From Zygnema circumcarinatum SAG 698-1b (Eukaryota > Plantae > Zygnematophyceae): a stretch of 64,000 bases of DNA. The stretch is taken from contig CM074814.1 of NCBI GenBank assembly GCA_037447605.1, forward strand, positions 2,666,001 to 2,730,000, in the 5' to 3' direction. The position numbers and the translations under genes were made by a program. Under the pieces are notes generated by a model. The model was not told the origin of the DNA. It worked only from the letters and a program-made list of their open reading frames with translations, and did not search any database. Of the stretch, positions 40,366 to 54,179 are shown one piece after another; position 1 is the first letter of the stretch, and each line of letters opens with the position of its first letter.

Positions 40366-41974
40366 GGTGGGAGAGGGAGTGGAGGAAGTAGAGGGAGAGG
40401 GAAAGGAAGAGGGATAGAGGGTGCGGTAGTGAATGCTGGTTCAAATGTCACCGCGGAGGCTCTTTCCTGCGTTCTGACATGCCTCCTCTGTAATGGCTGT
40501 GAAACCCTAACACTGAACCCCGTCCGTACATCCCTCTCTTGCTCTCTCCCCTCCTCCCTCTCTCCCTCTCCCTCCCTTTCCTCTCCCTCCCTATCCCTTC
40601 CTCTCCCTCCCTCTCCCTCCCTCCGTCTATGTCTCCGTTTCCGTCTCCCCCTCCCTCCCTTCGCCCTCTCTCCCTGCAAGATCTCCTCTCAGTTGGATCC
40701 CTGCTTTCAAGGGGACACTTTCTTGGTTGGAAGAAGGGGAGGTATACAAAAGTGTAATTTCTTTCGTTTGCCAAATTTGGGATCGGCGATGGAAACGGGC
40801 TGTTGGAACATTTTTACAATGGAAAGAAAATTTTGGGAATGGTCCAAAAAGGACCAAATAAGAAAAAAAAAATGGCGAGCAATATTTAATCGGGGTTCAG
40901 GACCACGGCCTGTCGCGTCACACAGATATCTCGATATATTTGCGTGCGGGCAGTTTTAAGAAAATAAAATTTCTGCCTGGACATCAACGAACGGACACGA
41001 TCTGTTTTGTTTCCAAACTAGACGGCTGCGATTCGTTTGGTATCTACGATGAAACGTTTTTCTTGAACCGACAATATTGGTCAGCTGAATTTTTTTCTAA
41101 AAACGAACCGCTTCATGACCGAATAAAAAAATTCTCTGGTGCAATATTTTTGATCTGCCCGTTTTTATTGACCAATAGGAAGCGAGATCCTTTTTTATTC
41201 CGGCCTGCCCGAAAAGTGCCTCCGCCGACACATACGGCCGAAAGCGGCGCAAAAAGGGCCGAAAAAGAGCGCCTTCCCCTCCGCATTTCTGCCCGTCCGA
41301 TCAACTCCGTACGCATCGGACGGCCAGAAATCCACGAGTCTCGCACGTGCGACAAATCCGGTCGTGTTGTATACCTCAACGTGCGGTGTCTGCGATGCTG
41401 TGCGACGCTGTGCGACGTTGTGCGACGACCTGCGACGGTATTGTGCTATATTGCGACGAAAGGCGACGCTCTGCGACTAGTTTTGGAGCCCCTGCGACGC
41501 GGTTCTCGTCGTGTAGCGGAGAAGCCCGTTTCCCCGAGGGCAGCGTCAGCAGATTTTTTTATTTTTTGACAAAGATTTTTTTGTTTTTTATAAATACCTG
41601 CCCGAAGGAAAGATATTTTCTGAAAAGTCCAGAAATAAGACATTTCTACAGTGGATATTGCCAAACTATTTGTAAATCTGGTCCATTTTCCTTGGACCTG
41701 CCCGTAATTGTCCTTCTTACTGCCCAAACAAAAGATGCCCTCTCCGTCGTCCGTGGAGAGAAATGACCGATGACGTCATTTATTGACGTCATTATGTGTC
41801 TGCATGTCCCATGATGTCGGTGGTCAGTGGCCACCCGCCGCCGGTCGTGCTTCCCTGCCCGAAGAAAGAACGCGTATTGCGCAATGGGATAAATCAATCT
41901 TACAAGAGTACGGATATTATACTGTCCGGTGCAAATAGTCATTTGGACCATCCGCCGACGCTTCCTTCCCTCCG

Positions 41975-42185
41975 GCGCTCCGCCGGCCGGCCGGCCGGCA
42001 GACAAAATTGCCGGCAGGCAGTTGCCGGCCGGCTGCCGGCCGGGAGCCGGCCGGGCCGTAAACTACGACGGTACGTGTGAGGCAGCGCCTTGACTTGCCG
42101 GCCGGCCGGCAGACTCATTGCCGACTGGCAGAAAAACTGCCGACTGGCTGCCGGCTGGGCGCCGGCTGGGCCGTAAACTACTGTC
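41975..42185. repeat. Degenerate tandem duplication (2 x ~100 bp) rich in GCCGGC palindromes
   Basis: Both units begin GCCGGCCGGCCGGCAGAC and end GGGCCGTAAACTAC. Confidence 0.7.
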
Positions 42186-42596
42186 CGTACATTGTCGGTG
42201 GCCGACACGGCCGATCTTTCGTACGATCGGAATCAAAAGGGTCACGTGGCACCTCCCCATGAAAATACGCTCAAACCATTCCAAATCCTTACATGGAGAA
42301 ATCCGCTAAATTTACATCGACCAATCGTTGTTTTCCTTTACAAGTGTGACGCTGTTCATTCCGACGGTTCCATGCCAGATTCCGGGCTCCACGTGTGCTG
42401 GAATCTGGACCGTCAATTGATTCCTTGGATCCAATCGAGGCTGTCCACTTAGCCCCCTTCCAATGAGGTTTTCTGTTGCAAATAGCGTCGGCAGGTCGGG
42501 AATACGGACAGTCGCATTGCACAGATATCGCGATATATCGTCCGAATCACCAGTATTGAACCGTGGTCACAGATCGGGCGGCCCCTTTGAATCGGG

Positions 42597-42786
42597 TGCC
42601 AATGGTTTGGTTCAGTTTGCCAATCATTGGGCTGGTGCCAACCATTGGGTTGTTGCCAACCATTGCAGTTCAAGGGTTGCGATGACTGCCAATGGTTGGT
42701 TTCCATGCCATGCAATGGTTCCAATCATTGCCAATGGTTGGCTTTCTCGGCCATTCAATGGTTCCAACCATTGGCAATGGTTGGCC
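42597..42786. repeat. Array of about 10 CCAA-N3-TTGG-type motifs (GCCAATGGTTGG / GCCAACCATTGG) just upstream of the B3 gene
   Basis: Directly visible, in both orientations, ending about 60 bp before ATG 42844. Confidence 0.75.
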
Positions 42787-42843
42787 TAGTTTTAAGGGTT
42801 GCAGGTTTTTAGGTTTGAGGATTTTAGGGTTGTCAGGGATTCC

Positions 42844-44382
42844 ATGGCCCCCCGAGCGAAGCTGACGAGCTATGAGGTCCAGCGGCAGATGCAGATCGAG
42901 AATAACAAGAAGCGCTTGCAGGTTTGTCTCTGTATTTTTCTTTCTTTCTCAGAAAAAACATCTTTCAGAATGGTTTTTTCAGCACTTTTTTCACATTTTC
43001 TTGGAATTATTCCTTTTAAATCCTTTTATTCCAACTTAATTTCTGTCATTTGTGGATGGTTGTAACTCAATTTGTTGGTGTTTGCTTTTAGGAGATGGGA
43101 GTGATGGAGCTGAAAGAGGAGCTGGCGATGGCCAAGAAGCCAATTGAGCGGCGGACGCATGGGAAAAAGGTGGAGAGGGAGAGGGAGAGGGCGGAGGGAG
43201 AGGGAGAGGGAGAGGGAGAGGGGGGAGAGAGAGGGAGAGGCGGAGGGGGGAGGGAGAGGGAGAGGGAGAGTGGGGAGGGAGAGGGAGACGGGGAGGGAGA
43301 GGGAAAGGGAGGGGGAGACGGGGAAGGGATAGGAAGAGGGAGGGGAGGAGGAGGAGGGAGAGGGAGTGGGAGAGAGGGAGCGAGAGGGAGAGGGAGGGGA
43401 GACGGGGAGGGATAGGAAGAGGGAGGGGGAGGAGGGGGGAGGGAGAGGGAGTGGGAGAGGGGGGAGGGAGAGGGAGTGAGAGGGGGAGACGGGGGATGGA
43501 TAGGGAGAGGGAGGGGGAGGAGGGAGGGAGAGGGAGTGGGAGAGGGGGAAGGGGGAGGGAGAGGGAGAGGGAGAGAGAGACGGGGAGGGAGAGGGAAAAG
43601 GGGGGGGGGAGGGAGAGGGAGAGGGAGACGGGGGAGGGATAGCGAGAGGGAGGGGGAGGAGGGGAGGGAGAGAGAGGGGAGGAGGGAGAGGGAGGGAGGG
43701 AGAGGGAGAGGGAGAGGGAGACGGGGAGGGAGAGGGAGAGGGAGGGAGAGGGAGAGGGAGGGGAGACGGGGGAGGGATAGGGAGAGGGAGGGGGGAGGAG
43801 GGAGAGGGAGAGGGAATGGGAGAGGGGGAGGGAGGAGGGAGAGGGAGAGGGGAGAGGGAGAGGGAGAGGGAGGGAGGGAGGGAGGGAGGAGGGGAGGGAG
43901 AGAGGGAGAGGAGGGGGAGGAGGGAGAGGGAGGGAGAGGGAGGAGGAGGGAGGGAGGGAGAGGGAGTGGGAGAGGGGGAGGGAGGAGGGAGAGGGAGGGG
44001 GAGGAGAGGGAGGGAGAGGGAGAGGGAGAGGGAGAGAGGGAGAGGGAGGGGGGAGGAGGGAGAGGGAGAGAGAGGGAGGGAGGAGGGAGGAGGGAGGGAG
44101 AGGGGAAGGGGAGGGAGAGGGAGAGGGGACGGGCGGTAGGGGTGGAGATGGGGCAATATTGATAATGAACGGGAGACTGGAGGGGGAGAGAGAGGGAGAG
44201 TGGGAGGGTGGGTAGGGAGGGAGATGGGCGGAGAGGGAAAGAGGATCGGAGAGTAGGGAGGGTGGAGAGGGACGGAGACAGGGAGAGGATGAGGGGAGAG
44301 GGGGAAAGAGACCTTGGGAGGGAGGGGGTGTGGTGAAAGAGGCCGGAGAGGCGATGGGGGAGAGGTACTTTGTCAGTCTCTC

Positions 44383-44452
<70 letters not shown>

Positions 44453-46705
44453 CGTTCCTTTGTCTGATTTGAATTTCTTTTTTCTGGACAGCGGCCGATT
44501 CCGGAAGCACTTGTATCGCAGCGAAAATCTGCCCGGATGGCGGCGATGCCAATGAAGCCATCCTATCGAGAGGTACACTGTAGTTAATATTTCACCTTTT
44601 GTAAATTAAAAAAAAAAAAAAGGAGAGTAGTACTTCCATTGTACTTCCTTTGGAGAAATCTCTTTTACAGCGACCACTTTCAGGGGGAAATTTATGCTTG
44701 AACTCTCACCCCATTTGGGTACCTTTGCAGATGGAAAACTTGGTTTCTCGAACTCCTCGACAAAGCAGGTGAAGAGATTTTTCATTGATTTCATGCCCCC
44801 CCTTTCTCTCTCTCCCTCCCTCCCTCTCTCTCTCGCTGTCTCTGCTCTGTCTCGTTCATTCTCTCTCGCGCTCCCTCCCTCCCTCTCTCTCTCTCAATCT
44901 CTCCCTCTCTCACTCTCTATCGCTCTCGCTGTCGCTTTATTTCCATCCCTTACTCGTGCTCTCCCTTCCTCTCAATTTCTCTCTATGTATCTGCAGTCTG
45001 TGTAGTAGTATATCTATGTACCTAATCGTTCTTTACATTCATTCTTTCGCCCATTTTTTCATATGATCCAACGACTTATTCCTAAGTTGGTCCTTAAGAG
45101 AGCAGNNNNNNNNNNCCCCCCCCCCCCCCCCCCACACCCTCCCATAACCAGAATAACTCGAAACCATCATAACACATAACCCTAAAATCCCAAAAAACGC
45201 AAAACGTCAAAAAACCCATTTGTACCCCATTCTGAACCGTTTGACCCAAAAACTGCCACACTCTCGAAGACCCCATTTAGACCCCATTTTTATCCCACCT
45301 TCCTCTGACTGAATTCCCACCTTTCCCCCCCCCCTTTATTCAATCTTTGCAGTTTCCAGTCCTCTGACAGAGATAGAGCCCCTCCCTATCTGAGAGACTT
45401 CATTTCAACTGAACACGCAGAAGCTGCACAGAGAGCCGCGCTCTCATTGGCTGAGGACCTCACGGTTCCATGCATGATTAAACAGATGGTCCCCTCAAAT
45501 GTTTCGGGCTGTTTCTGGCTGGTAATTCCTCTAAACCACCTCTCGCTCTCTTCCTCTCTCCCTCTCTCCCTCTCTCCCTCCCACCTCTCTCTCCCTCTCT
45601 CTCCCTCCCTCTCTCTCCCCTCCATCGCTCCCCTCTCTCTCTCCCGTCTCCCTCTCCTCTCTCTCTCTCTCGCTCTCTTTTCGTTCCCCCTCTCTCTCTC
45701 CCTCTCTCTCTGTGCAGCGCTGCGGAAGGACGGTACAGGTCGGCAGAGGTCCCTCAGGCGGCGGTGGAGGAGGCAAAGCAGGCAGCCATGGCGGCTGCAG
45801 CGGAGAGGGAGAGACCCTGTCTTGTGCAGGAGGTGGTGCCCTCCCAAATGTCGGGAGGGTTCTGGATGGTGTGTGCGTCTGGTTGCTAACTCTCTGTCAC
45901 TCCTTCCCTCTCTCCCTCTCTCTCTCTCTCTCTCTCTTTGTCTCTTTCACTCTCTCTCTCTCGCTCTCTCTTTCCCTTTCTCTTTCTCTTCCTCTCTCTT
46001 TCTCTTCCGCTCTCTCCCTCTCTCTCTCTCTCTTCCTCTCTTTCTCTCTCTCGCTCTCTCCACTTTTTTTGTAGCATGTTTAGTATGTATCGATATCCAG
46101 ATACATGGATATGCCCATCGTTTTTACATTTTCCATTTTCTTTTTACAATTTGGTCGTTTGATTCCATCATCTTTCTGTGACAAGAAACTGGAAATTCTC
46201 CTAAATGCAAACCGCCGTTTCCGTTGCAATTCCCCTCCATTCCCATACCCGCTTGTGTTTGCATGTAACTTTCAATTTCTCTCCCCTTTTAGAAAAAACT
46301 CTCAAGACGAACCCCCGTTTCCATTCCCCATCCCCTTTCTCTACTTTTTCATTTCAATTTCAACCCTTTTGGGCTTCCTGGTTGCCTGGTGGGTCGTCAA
46401 ATCAACCCCAACTTGAACCCCAACATGAACCCCAATAACATGAACCCCAACAACATGAACCCCCACATGAAAATTAGGGTTTAAGAGCGCGGTTCTGCGA
46501 GCAGCACATGCCCCCCGCGGAGGCCCTCGTGGTTCTCGAGGACGCGGGGGGGCGGGAGTGGGAGGCCGTCTACAAGGCGCACAAGAGGGCGCTCAGCGGC
46601 GGCTGGCGAGGGTTCGCACTCGACCACCGCCTGGACAAGGGAGACGCGCTGCTATTCGAACTTGTGGAGACGCACCGGATGAAGGTGGGAGAGGGTCTCT
46701 CTCTC

Positions 46706-46745
<40 letters not shown>

Positions 46746-47721
46746 CCCCTCTTTCTCTCTCACTCTCTCCCCCTCTTTCTCTCTCACTCTCTCTCTCTCT
46801 CCCTCCACTTGTTCGCTTTGGTCACGGCGCTCGCTTCGCTCTCCTCTCTCCTCTCTCTTCCGTCCCCCTCCCCCTTCCCTTCCTCCCCTCCTTCCCCCCC
46901 CCCTCGCCCACTCCCCCCTTCTCCCTTACTCCTACCCCCTTTCCTCCTCTCCCCTCCTTCCTCCTCCCTCCCTCCCCTTTTCCTCATTCCCCTATCCCCC
47001 GTTTGCCCCTCCGCCCTCCCCACCCCACTTTGCCCCACCTCCCTCTCTCCCCTTCCGCCCTCCCCCTTCCCCTCCCCCTCCCGTCAGGTGGTGAACTCGC
47101 TCGCATGCTGCCATGCGCTCTGTCCCTCTCTCTCTCTCTCTTTCTCTCTCCTTGTCTCTCTCTCTCGATCCCTCCCCCAGTCTCTCTCTCCATCTCGCTC
47201 GTCTCTCGCTTTCCCTTCCCCAACACGGCTACTCCCACTCCCCACCTCTCCCGTTCGTTTGTGTGTGATGCTGCCTTCTCTTCCCATATCAACCCTCCCT
47301 TCTTTCCTCTCTCTCTCACAGGGTCCCTCCCTCTAAAGAGCCTGCCTTCCTCCCCCCTCTCCCTCCCAAAAAAACAAAACAAAACAAATCTCAACCTCCC
47401 TATTTTCTCCTCTCTATTCTCCTCCTCTTCTCCTCTCTATTTTTTCTTGATTCGAACTCTTAAAAGGTGCACATATTCCGAGCTGCGGAACAACCGGCGG
47501 CCTTGCAAAGCGGCTCCATGGAACCCCCGTTACGGAAATCCGTTGCAACTGATTCTGAAGAATATCGTTATGAAAGAACTGTTTTCACGGTCAAGTCCCG
47601 AAAGGAAAAAGGCGATGAGGAGGAAAAAAGAGGCAAAAAAAGGGGAAAAACTCTAGGGCAGGTTAAGGAGGGAAGGACGGAGCAGCTTCAAAAAAAGGCA
47701 AAAAAAAGCAAAAAAAGATAA
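42844..47721 (+). CDS. B3-domain transcription factor (REM/VRN1-like, At3g19184-type) with duplicated alternative exon 5
   Basis: Exons: 42844-42921, 43092-43169, 44492-44572, 44731-44768, [45371-45521 or 45718-45868], 46478-46684, 47467-47721. Motifs: YEVQRQMQIENNKKRLQ|EMGV, RKSAR..PSYRE, MIKQMVPSNVSGCFWL|GLRARFCEQHMP, LSGGWRGFALDHRLDKGDALLFEL..MK|VHIFRA. Confidence 0.9.
45371..45521 (+). other. B3 gene alternative exon 5A (151 nt, phase 2 to 0)
   Basis: GACAG|A..CTG|GTAATT; encodes DRAPPYLRDFISTEHAEAAQRAALSLAEDLTVPCMIKQMVPSNVSGCFWL. Confidence 0.85.
45718..45868 (+). other. B3 gene alternative exon 5B (151 nt, phase 2 to 0)
   Basis: TGCAG|C..ATG|GTGTGT after a long pyrimidine tract; encodes AAEGRYRSAEVPQAAVEEAKQAAMAAAAERERPCLVQEVVPSQMSGGFWM. 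Confidence 0.8.
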
Positions 47722-48899
47722 AGTCTGGGAAAAAAATAATGTTTTTAAAAACAAAGGAGTCAGCTTGGGAGGGGTGGAAAGGAGTAAAGAAAGTATTTTT
47801 CAATAGTAGGGATGGTGAAGATGGAGTGCAAATGGGGTACATGCGAGATCACATGTTAACATAGTTTTTAGCTTCCAGACATCAGTTTTTAGTTTCAGGC
47901 TTTAGGTTGAGTTTAGTTCGCTGTTTCACCTTTTCAGATTTTAGTTTTCAATCTTTATTTTTTTCATTTTTCCGTTGCTAGTTTGGCTGTTTGTATTCTA
48001 TAAGGTTATTTTGACATCCAAATTTGGGTAGATTTTCAGTGACTAGTGATCCGCACGGTTTCAGACAAGGGACTTAGGGTTTAGGGTTTGAGACATTTGA
48101 AATTTCAAGGATAAGGGTTTCCAAAAAAGTGTTTTAGGGTTCTGTTCCATGCCGTCAATACAAAATTTTTAAGAGAAATCTCCTCACTCTGTCCCATTAC
48201 ATTATTGTGCGACTCCACGAAGAGGTCGAGCATAGGCTCCCCTTCCCTCTCCCTCCCTCTCCCTCCCACTCCCTCCCTCTCCCTCCCTCTCCCTCCCCCT
48301 CCATCCCTCTTCCTCCCACCCCCTCCCTCTTCCTTTCCCTCCCTCTCCCTCTCCCTCCCTCTCCCTGCCTCCCTCTCCCTCTCCTCCTTTTGCCTGTCCA
48401 CACTACATTCTACTTCCTTCCTATTCCCTAAAAATAATTGCAAAAATGTCCCAAAAATGAGGGAATTATTGAACCGCCGTTTGGAGGCGGTTAAACGAAG
48501 GGGAGGGGATGGGCGACCTCCAATAGAGCGCAGAGGGAGGAGAGAGAGGCGAAGATTGCAGGGCAGCGTGCCGACTCAAGGAGGGAGAGGGACGGAGACA
48601 AGAGGGGGAGAGGGAGAGCGAGGGTGAGGGAGAGACAGAGGGAGAATGAGACGAGGGGAAGGCAGGGGTGGGGGGGGGAGGGAGGGGGGATGGAGGGGAG
48701 GGAGTGGGCAAGGGAAATAGGTGGAAGGATGAATGATGGCGCGGGGGAGGGGGGACGGAGGAAGAGGGAGATGAAGGGAGGGGGGGGGGGGAGGGAGAGG
48801 GAGAGGGAGAGGGAGAGGGAGGAGGGAAGAGGGAGAGACGGGGAGGGGAGGGGAAGGATAGCGAGAGCAAGGGAAACATAAATTTACGCTTTTAGGGTT

Positions 48900-53140
<4,241 letters not shown>

Positions 53141-54179
53141 GGGCGCTGTTTTGCATTTGCCTTCTGCTTGAAAGGAGAAGCGTAAATATATATATATTTT
53201 TTAAAATTTGTACAAAATTGTTAAATCTTTGGGTGGAAGCAAGCGAGGGTAGTGAGGCGCAGTGAGGCGCAGAATGAAAGTGAGAAAAAACCCTTTTTTG
53301 AGGCCAACAAACCACGAGTGGGTCAATATCGGACGACTCGATATATCTCGATACGGTATATGCCAAAACTTTGCGATATGGCTCGATACAACCTTTACAA
53401 CTGTGGCTGCATACAGTTCAAGTTTTGAGGTTTTTCCATAAGTTTGGACTAATTCTTCATATTACAACTCTGATAGGTTGTATGTGACCGGTTCCTCGTG
53501 GTTCTCCATGTTGACTTTGTCCAAGTACCTTTGATGGCATCGCCATCATGAGACCAATGCCAATTCTACTCTCCTCATTCAACAGTCCTTCAGTGCAACA
53601 ATTAAGGCCTGGGAGCTGCGGTCCTTCCCTTGTAGATGAGGGAGGAGAAGACCATCAGCAGAGCAAGTTTATAAGGATATAAAAAGAGGTTCTGACGAGA
53701 TCCAAAGGCATATGAAGAATTTTCAAAGGGTTCAGAGTTCCAAAAGTCACAGAGCAGAATCATATTTCTGAGTTTGAGTATTTCATATTTCCTTTGGGAC
53801 AATCTAGAAACGATGAACCCGTCGGTTCGTGAGTCAGTTGGACGGTCAGTTGGTCGGTCAGTCACAGTGAACCTCAAAATTTGTACCAGGATTCAGGGTT
53901 CAGGATAGTGGCCTTTGAAAGTGACAAATTGGTAGGAACCATTTTTGAAAAGTACCATTCACAAAGAATACAAAAACAATAGCTTGGAAGGTTTGCACCT
54001 GCCTGGGTACAGTCATTCAGCTACTACAAAACAGGCCTCCAAAATGTACATACACATAGGAATACATGGATCTCCCTCTCTCTCTCTCGTCCCTCCCCCT
54101 ACTCGCCCTCCTCACCCTCCCCTTTCCCCTCCTCCTCCACCCCTCTCCTCCCACTCTCCCTTCCCACTCTCTCTTCCCC

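Noticed and set aside
40901-42568. Possible transposon bounded by GACCACGG...CCGTGGTC
   Set aside because: Only an 8-bp inverted match, no target-site duplication and no transposase ORF.
43026-44578. Many long Pro/Ser/Leu-rich and Gly/Arg/Glu-rich ORFs here and throughout the window
   Set aside because: Homopurine/homopyrimidine tracts lack stop codons in several frames. They map to introns or intergenic regions and have no domain content.
46150-46220. GRLIPSSFCDKKL, resembling a duplicated second half of the B3 domain
   Set aside because: No AG acceptor in a suitable phase, similarity ends after about 10 residues, and the rest is T-rich intron. Probably chance.
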